Source of the DNA: Antedon mediterranea
Taxonomy: Eukaryota; Animalia; Echinodermata
Assembly (NCBI RefSeq): GCF_964355755.1
Contig: NC_092679.1
Location: 19,451,432 to 19,515,431 of the forward strand
DNA length: 64,000 nucleotides
Direction of reading: 5' to 3'
A program made the position numbers and the translations under genes. How positions within the stretch are numbered: the stretch's first letter is position 1; each line of letters starts with the position of its first letter. Below are positions 53,276 through 64,000 of this stretch, in pieces. The notes under the pieces were generated by a model. It was not told the origin of the DNA. It saw only the letters and a program-made list of their open reading frames with translations, and ran no database searches.

Positions 53276-53788
53276 AGGGAGGTTCCGCAACCTTACAAAT
53301 ATGATAACGAAAACGGATACGTCATATATTTGTGAAACTTTTGAGCTGATCCCCATTTCATATTCGTAAAGCGTATTCGTGTTGACGAATATCACCAGTC
53401 ATATTCGTAACTACAAAACGAGTATAGTTTTTGATCTATTTTGTACATTTTGCATTTGAATTAGGAATGATTCATGATTATAATATAATTATAGATTTAT
53501 TGAAAGTAATTTACTAAAGTAATTTACTAAAATGCCAGGTCAATTTAGATAAATAGCAGTTTTTAAAGTCCTCACTCGCTTTGATGTTACGCTAGGCCTA
53601 CAGTAGGCAGCCAAGCACCAAGCAACACGTACCTGCGCTTCGCTCAAATTTACCGCAGTCATATTTTGGACGCGCCTCAATATTTGGTTGCCATGCGAAA
53701 CAGATTTTTTTATGACTTACGAAAACGAATACGTGTGCGTGATGTATCTGTTGTCGTTATCGTATTCGTAAGATTGCGAAACCTCCCT
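53276..53788. mobile_element. ~510-bp TIR element, copy 1
   Basis: Long TIRs AGGGAGGTTCCGCAACCTTAC...GTAAGATTGCGAAACCTCCCT; near-identical inverted copy at 57905-58413. Confidence 0.85.
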
Positions 53789-53797
53789 ATTGTTTCT

Positions 53798-54181
53798 TTT
53801 TTAAAAGTGCACTTTGTGTATTTTGTTATTGTTATTTGTTAGAGACGTTTAACAATGTAGTACAATATAACAAAATTCATTTCCACATTTCCCCTCTAAG
53901 TCTAAATGAGACTTGTTTAAACTATATCAGTCAATGCTATTATTAGTTTAGTTGTATTTGAAAAAAGTAATGTGCCCTATATTTATTTTAAAAGTGCACT
54001 TTGTGTATTTGTTTTAATTGTTATTTGTTACAGACGTTTTAACAATGTAGTACCCTACATACTGTATACATTATTCTCTACTCAGAGAATAGTATTATTG
54101 TGTAGAGGAAGAATTACAGTATAACAAAATTCCATTTACAAATTTCCCCTCTAACCTGTTTAACTATATCAGTCAATGCTA
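53798..54181. repeat. Two-copy tandem duplication (~190 bp, with an insertion in copy 2)
   Basis: ttttaaaagtgcactttgtgtatt...aactatatcagtcaatgcta occurs twice. Confidence 0.85.
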
Positions 54182-55157
54182 GAGTTATAATACTGTATTG
54201 AAAGACATCCATAAACACCTATTAATACACCTGTAGACAGTTATATTGGGTCAGATAATCTTTGTATGCACACATCGATTGAATGTCTTTATAGTGTTCA
54301 ATTCTAATTGTATTAATTTTGCTGGTGTGTCATTACATGCTATTGTTAGTTTGGTCTAATGAGCTCTTTTCAATGGGCAGAGACAATAGAGACTTCAATT
54401 TAAGACCTACAACCTATTTGTCATTCATCGTAGCCTGGATCTACAGTAGAATCCATAAAAACTATGTCATATTATCATTATTTGATGCCCAAAATAACTA
54501 TGTCAAATAACTTGGTCATCTATGTCATCGAAAATCGAAAGCTCTTTTCAGTAATGCCTCACTGCAAATAATTTTCAAAACCAGAAAAATCCCAAATTGT
54601 TACCTCCTTTAAAATGCATTCTAAGTAATATAACCAGACATTCTCCCCAGAGCCTTAAGAAAGTTGATCATATTTAATTATCCATTAATTGATTTTATCA
54701 TAAAATATTCTTAGGGGATTTGATTTATTTTTGACTAATTTTTAATGTTTATCTTAAATGGCATGATCACCAGTTTGTTTTATTATGAATATACTTTATA
54801 TGAACACTTTGCTCTTATGGCCTAAATCTCCAATGATGAAATTCAAACATGATGGCAATTATTGCAATGGTCATTTTACTGACTGATTTTGTTACAATTT
54901 TTTTTCCATGCACTGCATGTTTAAATTTATACTAAAGCTCTGTTCACACTATCAAACTTTATGTGAACAAAAATGTGATGTCATATCACTACCATAAATT
55001 TGGGTATTTGGGCATATCACACTTTTTTTTGTCAAACTAGTACTTTAATAGTGTAGACAGAGCTTTAAACTTTGTTCCGACGCGTAGTATTTCTTGTTTT
55101 CCATTTCTTTACAATCATCATTGAGAGTATATATTTTAATTTGTATATTTATTGCAG

Positions 55158-55280
55158 AAACATGTACGCAGACGATAATCCCACTAATTTGTAAATTTTG
55201 TGAGACTGCCATGATACAAGAGGATGCTACGCTACCAACCGTTGCGAGACAGTTTGGAAAGTTATCTCACGGTTTATCAG
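55158..55280 (+). CDS. PPP4R4: PPP4R4 exon 9
   Basis: ttgcag|(E)TCTQTIIPLICKFCETAMIQEDATLPTVARQFGKLSHGLS|gtacag. Confidence 0.93.
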
Positions 55281-55427
55281 GTACAGAAACCTGTTTCTGT
55301 TAATCCAGTTAATTACTCTGTTAATTACAGCCATTTTTTAAGTGTTAACATACTTGTCTGTAAAAATGATGTTATTGATATTTTGCCTAAAAACCAATAA
55401 ATGGACTGATTATGTTTAAATAACATA

Positions 55428-55634
55428 CCATATTTACCGGGAGTTTATTATTCAGGAGGATTTCTACCAAATAAAAATGTGTTTTAATACTAATATTGTA
55501 TATCATATGTATGTGGCGGGGCGTTAATTTTAAGAAAGAAAGAAATAAACATCCCGGGCGTTTATTCCAAATGATGTTCATTTATTCGAGGGAAGCGTTT
55601 ATTCAAAGCAGGGCATTTATTTGATTAAATATGG
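55428..55634. mobile_element. Tc2/pogo-like MITE relic
   Basis: TA|CCATATTTA...TAAATATGG|TA with repeated GCGTTTATTC motifs. Confidence 0.55.
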
Positions 55635-55881
55635 TAGTATAAAACTGACAAATAACAAGAAAGAAGCCATGATTCGACGTTTCTATCTTTATTTGATCAT
55701 TATCAGGAATTATTGCCTAGTATATGTTTTAGTTTTTATATTGCTTATAAATATTATCTGTTATATGATATGTAATAGATTATCTCTTCAAGGTATAATC
55801 ATAACCATCAAATTTGATTTTTTTTGTGTATGATGTTATAATTTGTTGTGTCTAATTTGTGTCTATTTTGTTTTTATTTAG

Positions 55882-55979
55882 TTAACCTAAATGAAGAACA
55901 GAAAGCATGGATGATGAGTTTCTATTGTAAACTATGTTTACTTGGTCTTAATAATAAAAATAAAGATAATGGAATACAG
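55882..55979 (+). CDS. PPP4R4: PPP4R4 exon 10
   Basis: tttag|(V)NLNEEQKAWMMSFYCKLCLLGLNNKNKDNGIQ|gtaggc; FYxKLCxLGL motif. Confidence 0.92.
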
Positions 55980-57304
55980 GTAGGCAAATTTATCTATTAC
56001 TTCTCTCCCATATCATTTATATCAAAAATACATAGTTTACATACCCTAAGAACAACACTGAACAACATTAGGTTTGATATTGATAAAAAAGACTTTTTGG
56101 CACACATAGCAACAGCTCAGGTGTAGGTATGATTTATTTTTCAATCTGTTATGGATAGCTATACGAATACCCATATTTTCAATTCTTCAAACAAGTTTCT
56201 CAACTCAATAATAATAATGATAATAATAATAATAATAATACCCAGATTTTTGTTAACTCTTTATTACTTGATAATATTTAAATTGTTTTGTTCCAGCAAA
56301 ACTTATTTTTGAGAAATAACAACTTGTCCATATTATAAAACTTCTTTCGTTCACTGTTCATTCATTTTTATTTTATTACTATGTTTATGAAGGCAAAAGA
56401 TCCACCAGTATTAACAAAGGTGAAAGAATCTTGATAAGTTTGATGTGTGGTTAGGTTTTGGAGCTTTTTGTTTGGCCATTGAATCTGTGGCATGGCAGAT
56501 TCAGGGTGATAATTGGAAGGTCATTGGCGGTCTGTGGATATAGTTCTTTTGCTTGTTTATGGCCTTCTCTGAATCCGCCACTGATCATCATCGTTAACAT
56601 TATTAAAGATTGATGTTTTTTAATAACTAAAGCTCTGTCTACTCTATCAAACTTTATGTGAAAAATATGTGACCATATATGGAAATACTACCGTATTTGG
56701 GCAGACCAGTACCATATTTGCGCACATCACACATTTTTTGTCGAACTAGTTTGATAGTGGAGACAGCTTTATAATATGTGTATGATTTTAACCTGATTGA
56801 AGTGTCTCTCAATAAGTGTATTAAGTATAATACAGTACATTTTGTTTCAGCAATTGTATTAAATGTCATACTAATTTAATAATTCACTTATTATAAGATT
56901 TGTATCACTGTTTTGTGCTTAATTAAAAATATATTTGCTTTTTTTTATATAAGAATAATCTTAGAAACAATATCATAATTGAAACTTTGCACCATAGAGC
57001 AGATGTTTTGCCCTGCGTAATTGTTTCCAATAAATGTACAATTAATTATAGAGTTGGGACTCGAACCCACAACTTCCAGATCACTGGCCTGACGTTCATA
57101 CCGCCGATCATCAAGCTTGCGCTGATGATATCATAAGTATATTCATCACTATTATTTTATCAATATCATCTCTAATAATCAGATTTGGAAGTTATTAAAC
57201 CATGTATAGTATTACTCTGCTATCATTTTCGTTTTCCGCTCCATCTTCCTGGAGAGAGAAATTTGAGCTTGTATATTATTAAATTGTGTATTCTTACATT
57301 ACAG

Positions 57305-57382
57305 AGTCCGCCAGTTTTACCAATTTATACTGATGAAGATAGATATATAGAGTGTAGAATAGCTTCGGCCTTTAATATACCT
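57305..57382 (+). CDS. PPP4R4: PPP4R4 exon 11
   Basis: tacag|SPPVLPIYTDEDRYIECRIASAFNIP|gtaagt; phases 0/0. Confidence 0.9.
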
Positions 57383-57904
57383 GTAAGTATTTCTCGGAAA
57401 GTAGTTAATATTTAACTTAAGCGCTTATAATTACTGTCATGTGATCTATTACGAAATAGTTAATGTCTGGAAGTTTTTCACAAAGCTTAATTAAAAGACA
57501 AAGTACACAAATATAGAGCCATGGGAATTAAATAATATGGTTCTCATCCACAAATTTCAGAAAAGTATTCGATTGACTAGATTTTAATCACATGCGCACA
57601 CACTTGCGTCCCATCATCTAGTGCTCAAACATACCAAGGACGCTGAACTTGCCTTACCAAGATAGGAACTCGTAACAGTCCTTTGATCTTATGTCTGGCT
57701 GCCACAAATACCAACAGTACCTGTATATGTAATATTTTCCACGGCGTGGTGTCTGTTTTGAGGAAGCTATTTATTGGCCAATCAAAAATCAGAGGGGGAA
57801 TGGTACTAATCGTGTCGTAGCGACAGATAAACCCTATGATTTTGGAGCTCGGTGTCCTGTTGTTAGATTGTCTTAAACATATATTGAATAATGCATTCTA
57901 TAAT

Positions 57905-58413
57905 AGAGAGGTTTCGCAATCTTACGAATACGATAACGAAAACGGATACGTCACGCACACGTATTCGTTTTCGTAAGCCATAAAAAAATCTGTTTCGCAT
58001 GGCAACGAAATATTGAGGGCGCATCCAAAATATGACTGCGGTAAATTTGAGCGAAGCGCGGGTACGTGTTGCTTGGTGCTTGGCTGCCTAGGCCTAGCGT
58101 AACATCAAAGCGAGTGAGGACTTTAAAAACTGCTATTTATCAAAATTGACCTGGCATTTTAGTAAATTACTTTAGTAAATTACTTTCAATAAATCTATAA
58201 TTATATTATAATCATGAATCATTCCTGATTCAAATGCAAAATGTGCAAAATAGATCAAAAACTATACTCGTTTTGTAGTTACGAATATCACTGGTGATAT
58301 TCGTCAACACGAATACGCTTTACGAATATGAAATGAGGATCAGCTTAAAAGTTTCACAAATGTATGACGTATCCGTTTTCGTTATCGTATTCGTAAGGTT
58401 GCTAAACCTCCCT
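57905..58413. mobile_element. ~510-bp TIR element, copy 2 (inverted relative to copy 1)
   Basis: AT|AGAGAGGTTTCGCAATCTTACG...CGTAAGGTTGCTAAACCTCCCT|AT; interior is the reverse complement of 53276-53788. Confidence 0.85.
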
Positions 58414-58467
58414 ATTGGCCTAATTTTTCCATTTAAATTATATTGAAATATTGTTTTGTTATTTCAG

Positions 58468-58587
58468 TGTATGGTCTTGTTTGCTGGTGCTCGTAACTTC
58501 AAAAGAGAACTTCATGGAACCTTTGCCAGTCTCTGTGATGACCCACATCCTATGGTCAGGTCAACTATAGCCACTGGGTTTCATGAG
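58468..58587 (+). CDS. PPP4R4: PPP4R4 exon 12
   Basis: tttcag|CMVLFAGARNFKRELHGTFASLCDDPHPMVRSTIATGFHE|gtcagt. Confidence 0.95.
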
Positions 58588-59059
58588 GTCAGTGAAGCCA
58601 ACTTTATGGCTATGTTAAAGGATGTCTCTTGAATAAATGTGTTCATTGAATAAATATTCTTCAACTTGACTGGACAGATACCACTTTCACATTGTCTAGA
58701 AAAGTTCCAGTTTACGCACACTGCGAGGCATTAACGTCAGGCATTAACGCCGATGTGGGGGTGTGGGGGCATTAACACCGGTCTTGGGGGCTGAGGGAAT
58801 TAACACCGGCCTTTTGTTTGGTGTGTGCCCCAAGGTGTGTGCTAGGCAATCTTAAAGGTGTAAATCTCTGTCAACACTATAAAACTTTATGTGCCCATAT
58901 ATATGGACACAATGATGTCATATCACTACCATAATATTTGGGCACATCGCACTTTTTTTCTCAAACTAATTTGATAGTGAGGCATAGCTTATTGGTCCAT
59001 AACAATTTGTACTTTTACCTACAGTGTCTTATTATTATATAATTTGTTTTCATCCATAG

Positions 59060-59137
59060 ATTGCTAAGCTATTGGGTAATAATGTCTCATTGATTCAGGG
59101 TGAACTGATCAATCTGCTCAAAGATGAATCTGTTGAT
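59060..59137 (+). CDS. PPP4R4: PPP4R4 exon 13
   Basis: catag|IAKLLGNNVSLIQGELINLLKDESVD|gtaagt. Confidence 0.95.
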
Positions 59138-59684
59138 GTAAGTACATCCTTAAGTTAACTCTCCCGAATCTGAACCACTTTGGGCCGGCCCAAAATGCTT
59201 ACTTATTTTGGCCTTAGCCGTTTTAGGGCTGTTGGGGCCCTGTTCTCCCCATCAGTTTGGTCCATTCTTTGAATGAGTGTTTCTTGGGTCTTCCACAAAA
59301 TTACATTAATAATTAGTTGTTACTGTTTTGAACCTTAAGACAATTTTGTTGGTTTTGGAGAGTTTTTGATATTCAGGGTATCCAGTTCGGAGGAAGTCAA
59401 TTTCCAACTACTACACTACTATAGTACAAATAATTTGTCGGTGTTCGTGGAACTAGAATCCGACCGCAACTGTGCCTTGAATTGATTGAGGAGGCAAATT
59501 CCCAATGTTCCCGCATAATAAATTAACATGGCGTAACTAACTATGAAATCCCTAATTATAAATATGATCGCTCTCTATCAATAAGTTAAATTAATGTTGT
59601 ATTGTTTTCTTGCGTTTTAAATACATGCATACTAATTATGGAATGACCTTTCAAATTTCTTTGACCACATCATCTTGTAACTTT

Positions 59685-59986
59685 AATCTCTGTTCACACT
59701 ATCAAACTTTATGTGACAAAAGAAATGTGATGTGCCCATATGGACATGATGATGTCATATCACTACAATATTTGGGAACAACAAACTTTTTTTTATCAAA
59801 TTTTTTGGACCACATCGTCTTGTAAAGCTCTGTCTACACTATCAAACTTTATGTGACAAAAACATGTGATGTACCCATATATGGACATGATGATGTCATT
59901 TCACTGCCATATTTAAGCATATCACTACCATATTTGGGCACATCACACTTTTTTTGTCAAACTAATTTGATTGTGTAGACAGAGCT
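59685..59986. mobile_element. Two adjacent family-B MITEs just upstream of the PPP4R4 exon 14 acceptor
   Basis: Degenerate copy, then a full copy TAA|AGCTCTGTCTACAC...GTGTAGACAGAGCT (59826-59986). Confidence 0.85.
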
Positions 59987-60024
59987 TTACAAAGAATGGT
60001 GTTGATTTTCTTTGTTTTTTACAG

Positions 60025-60108
60025 GTGTTACAGGGCCTTGTTTCTCACCTGCCTGAGACATTGCAGATGTTTGCAAAGAGCAGCGGCAACGTAGTAACGG
60101 AATCAAAG
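60025..60108 (+). CDS. PPP4R4: PPP4R4 exon 14 (gene continues beyond the window)
   Basis: tttacag|VLQGLVSHLPETLQMFAKSSGNVVTESK|gtaatt. Exons 1-14 sum to 1407 nt = 469 codons in one frame. Confidence 0.93.
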
Positions 60109-60985
60109 GTAATTTGATCATTAATTAATTAAAGGAGATGTTTTCTCAAGGACCTATGTGTTCAGCCTATTTCTATATCAATACGCTTTATCGTTGTTAG
60201 ACATCGTTCTACTATTTGAGAATGCCAAGAATGCTTCTCACGGTAATAAGCTTAACACAGGCGTAGTAATGCGTAGGGAATGGTTGATTGCAGGCGCCAT
60301 CTGGTTGGTTCCTCTCCTTGAAGAATCATTTATCTCACTGCGATAACATTAGAGTTGACGATCTAGCCTTCAGCTATAAGATCATTGAATTTAATATTGT
60401 TTTAAGTATCATTTTTTGTTGGCTGGGTCACCCTCTTAAAATACAGTGAAATAACATCACTATTAAAGTGTTTCTTTAATAGGAGATTCTACTGTGTATA
60501 GGTCAAAATATTAAAAAATAAAAAATTGTTATCTTCCATATCTTTATTTTCAACTATGCATTCATAATTATACAAAATAATCATATCCACTTTCAATTGA
60601 CTTCTATTTTTTAAAAAGCAATTATCAGGTAAATACAATCTTGTTCTTGCTAGATATTTGGTTTTGGGTTTAGCAATGTGGTACACTGTCGCCGGGTAAG
60701 ATTAAACGCTAGTGTACGATTGCAATGCCTGTCTGTAGATTATGCACAGATTAGATAGTATATATACCACTAATGTTTCAGATTGTGCATGAGATAATAT
60801 ACTAAACTATAATTCAACTATGACTTTGTTTACATTTGAAACACACTTTTTTGATTTGGACATTTTTGTGACATGGGACTCTGAGATCGATAGATTTAGT
60901 ACTGTAAGATTTTTTAAAGTGACAACTTTCATTTTTCCATGGAAGTGCCAATGACACACCTAAAGAAATGGCGTGTTCAGACCCT

Positions 60986-61081
60986 TTGAAACACCGATTC
61001 TCGCCAGATCACCGAAGTTAAGCAACGTTGGGCCTGGTTAGAGCTTGGATGGGGGACCATCTGGGAATACCGGGTGCTGTA
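60986..61081 (+). pseudogene. 5'-truncated 5S rRNA-derived sequence (pseudogene or SINE3 head)
   Basis: gaaacaccgattctcgccagatcaccgaagttaagcaacgttgggcctggttagagcttggatgggggaccatctgggaataccgggtgctgta aligns to metazoan 5S from about nt 19 to near the 3' end, with several substitutions; 5' stem strand and T-run terminator missing. Confidence 0.88.
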
Positions 61082-61954
61082 TATAGAGCTGGGGTCCCAT
61101 TAGGGATTTGAAATCAACACTACTGACTCTTATGGCAGCCCCTGCATCTAGTATCTGCCTCAGACGTATTGGCCCATGCCTTTCCTCTGGTCAAGGTGTG
61201 CACTGGACGACAGAAGCCCTTTATCAATGTTAGGACCAATCAAGGTGCTTAAACAGTCCTGGCTTAGTTTCTTTCATCCATCATTCAGATGAATGTAAAA
61301 CTATTTGACAGACGTCAGCCATAATAATAGGGCAAACACATACTGTATCTATCATTCTAGGTTGTTTAGCAATAGCATTACAGACACTACTCTTTATCAT
61401 TAGATTGAGCACACTTAATTAGATAGTAAATTTCTATAATTTCTAATACATGGACATTGTAAACCTATAAAATCCCTAAAGTAGTTAAAGTGAATGCGTA
61501 TGGAGATGCTTTAGGATACGTATATCATTTATTAGCAAGTATCAAATATTCCATAGAACTAGGTTTTATTTTAGATAAGTAAATGTCTGATTAATTATTA
61601 GGTTATAGATTGATTAATAAGCAACAAGGATGTCAAATATCTATTAAAAACGTTTCTTTGGTCTTGCCGTAAAAATCAATATTGGAATGCCCACAATACT
61701 TGACCAAGACTCCATCAAATGCAGACATTATGATTACAAGACAATCTAGAACTCTCTGTGTCTTCTTTTAGCAAATAAACGCAGACGCATTTAAGACATT
61801 TTTAAAATTAAATACCTCTTGATGACTTACAAATTGTCTAGCAAAATGTTTACACTGGTTTGTTTTTTTTTATAATGGTCTTAAAAAACCATTATTACAG
61901 GTTAAATTTACGGTTAGAATTTCATGTTTGAAAGGTGAAAAATATTATAGTCTA

Positions 61955-64000
61955 TATCGTGCCTGCTTACCTGGATAAACACGACATAAGCCCTTTTCCA
62001 CGAAGTGCGAAACAATTACGAAAAGAAGAATTTAGCGGTAGCTCACCTCCATGATAAATGGGACAGTCCGCTATAGCGCCCTCTAGTGGGACCACTCCCA
62101 CGTAATACCGTCATCATTTCTTTTCGTATCGTCGTAGTTGACAGACACGAAGTTTTTTCGAAGAGAAGACGAATTTCAAGGAATTCTACAGACTAGAATA
62201 GTCTAGCTAGCCGAGGCTAAGTTTAACTTTCATTATTATTGATACGTTGGAATACGTTGCCGTTGTTGTTTAGACAAGGCAGAAATATCGTTTCTTATTG
62301 TTATTTTGAGAATTTGATACGTTGCAAACCGTTGACTCGCCTAGCAAGCGAGTCAGAAATAGCTTTAGAGTTCACCGGGGTCACCGGCCGAGTGTAGGCA
62401 ACGCTATACAACAGAATCAGTCAGGCGCTAGGTTAAGAGACTGTTTGTTAGGTAGTTGATTGTGTGTCTGTTAGACAGGTGTTTTGCACCATCATGCCTA
62501 AGCAAGAGTGTGTCCAGTGTAGGGGCCCGCGGACGACGGTGAAATGGGATCGCCACATGCGATGTATTAAGTGCCGTACGTGCAATCAGGATAACCCGTG
62601 TGACGTTTGCGTTCGCTGGACGCCAGCCAAGTTTGCGTCGCTTCCGCGGCCCGTGGAACGCACTGTTGAGGTCGGTGTTCCGGAGGAGTCCGCGCCTGTG
62701 GCGGCTCCAGTGGTAGCTACGCACGATGTCGTGCAACGCGAGGAAGAGCCTGTGGCTTCCGTTCCACTTGCGAAGGAGGTTATTCTCGGCGCCGCGCCTG
62801 TTCCCGCTGCGGCCTCTGCAGCCCCGGACCCTAATGAGTTGTCTCCGGCGTTGCTGCATGCCATTGCGGCGGCGGTAAGGGCTTTACCAAGGGACGAGCC
62901 TACGGTAGCCCCAGCCCAGCGTCCTCCGATTCCGTATTATCCGGTGCCCCCTCCTCAGACACCACTACCGCCCTTTTCTGAGGGTGCTTCGATGGAAGAC
63001 GACTATTTGTCTGATCGGACTATGGTCACGCTCTCGGATGAGGAGAGAGCCGCGTCGCTTAGGGGGCCCGGTGAGGAGGGTTTACAGGCGCTCGTGAACA
63101 GAGTTCTTCCGGCGGTACTGGCCTATCTTGGAATCGACTACTCGCTCCGCGAGCCTAAGCCTGCGCCTTCAACTAAGCGGTTTTCTACTTTCGGCATGCG
63201 TACGCCTCTTAGGAAAAGCACTACCTGTCCGGTGGTGCCTCTCGACCAAGAACTGATCGACCGCTTAGACGTGTTTGCGCGCGACTCAACAACGACACGT
63301 AGAGCCGCACCGTACATTCTCTCGTCGGCCTTTCCGGTGCCGTCAACGCAATTTGATAAGTACATCATTGCACCGGGAGTGCCTGATGCAGCCAAAGACC
63401 GCGTCCGAGAGGACCAGGGCGTAGAGGCTGGCAAGACCAACTACTTGGCTCCGAAGGCTGCTAAGACAGAAGAGACGCTTCTCGCAGTTGATAGAGCGGC
63501 CCGCGAGACAGTACGCGTGACGTCTATTTCTGGTTATCTCTTGTCGTTCCTGGCGGACCCGGAACACCCTAGAGAGCGTGATGACGAGGTCATCGCTTTG
63601 CTGCAGCAAATAACTGGTCTTATCGCTGATCAGCAAGCGTTTATTTCCGTTACGTCGGCCGCTGCTCGCCGGGTCAACGTCCTCCAGGGGACAGATATCG
63701 CGCCAGCGCAATATCGTAGATTCACTACATCGGAATCTTTCGGCGCTAAGGATCTCTTCTTCGGGAGTTTCTCCCAAAAGGAAGATAAGTGGGCGCGTGA
63801 GCGGGAGGCACGTCGTGAAACTCGATCGAGATTCCCGCAGAAACGTCGGGCTAGCCGTGGACGTTCGGGACCATCCAGACCGCCTCCCCTTTTTCCGGCT
63901 CCAGTACCGCCAACGCAACCGCCAGTACCGACACCGGCGCGTCCTGATACGCAGGCTTCTACTTCTTCCCGCGTTCGCACCCCACATGACATCAACAGAT
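61955..64000 (+). mobile_element. DIRS-like tyrosine-recombinase retrotransposon, 5' portion, in PPP4R4 intron 14 (left boundary approximate)
   Basis: Abrupt switch to GC/CpG-rich sequence; leader with short inverted segments (acgaaaagaa 62018 / ttcttttcgt 62119); gag ORF. RT and YR domains are not in the window. Confidence 0.78.
62494..64000 (+). CDS. DIRS1-type retrotransposon gag-like ORF1, open to the window end
   Basis: MPKQECVQCRGPRTTVKWDRHMRCIKCRTCNQDNPCDVCVRW: Cys/His zinc-binding N-terminus typical of DIRS1 gag. Then a Pro/Ala-rich linker and ARRVNVL...DLFFG in the C-terminal domain. No stop in 502 codons; absent from the ORF track because it is unterminated. Confidence 0.85.
   Translation, partial: MPKQECVQCRGPRTTVKWDRHMRCIKCRTCNQDNPCDVCVRWTPAKFASLPRPVERTVEVGVPEESAPVAAPVVATHDVVQREEEPVASVPLAKEVILGAAPVPAAASAAPDPNELSPALLHAIAAAVRALPRDEPTVAPAQRPPIPYYPVPPPQTPLPPFSEGASMEDDYLSDRTMVTLSDEERAASLRGPGEEGLQALVNRVLPAVLAYLGIDYSLREPKPAPSTKRFSTFGMRTPLRKSTTCPVVPLDQELIDRLDVFARDSTTTRRAAPYILSSAFPVPSTQFDKYIIAPGVPDAAKDRVREDQGVEAGKTNYLAPKAAKTEETLLAVDRAARETVRVTSISGYLLSFLADPEHPRERDDEVIALLQQITGLIADQQAFISVTSAAARRVNVLQGTDIAPAQYRRFTTSESFGAKDLFFGSFSQKEDKWAREREARRETRSRFPQKRRASRGRSGPSRPPPLFPAPVPPTQPPVPTPARPDTQASTSSRVRTPHDINR

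Noticed and set aside
17905-57340. Hammerhead ribozymes at scattered CTGATGA motifs
   Set aside because: None of the instances checked has the stem II plus GAAA arrangement.
60986-61081. Functional 5S rRNA gene
   Set aside because: Missing the first ~18 nt and the terminator, carries substitutions, and is solitary.
62428-63995. Minus-strand ORFs of 92-214 aa in the ORF track
   Set aside because: Antisense shadows of the GC-rich plus-strand gag ORF; no recognisable domains.

Overview
AT-rich, intron-containing animal DNA, most likely from an invertebrate deuterostome such as an echinoderm (inferred from protein similarity and repeat types). Left half, minus strand: a tandem thyrostimulin subunit pair. 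GPA2 is complete (3 coding exons, 21501->18348, 123 aa). About 16 kb downstream lies the first coding exon of GPB5 (2406->2206); its last exon was not found and is probably left of the window. Right half, plus strand and divergent from GPA2: coding exons 1-14 (469 codons) of PPP4R4, continuing past the window, with one GC-AG intron. The last ~2 kb is the 5' part of a DIRS-type retrotransposon with an uninterrupted gag ORF. Introns and intergenic DNA are dense in non-autonomous DNA transposons (Harbinger-like MITEs, Kolobok-, Tc1/pogo-, CACTA- and P-like), SINEs, a 5S rRNA-derived fragment and local tandem repeats. Most unusual structures: a head-to-tail 2-kb transposon dimer fused TIR-to-TIR with no target-site duplication, and an inverted transposon pair bracketing PPP4R4 exons 9-11. 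No clearly new biological system can be demonstrated from sequence alone. All family assignments are by eye, without database searches.
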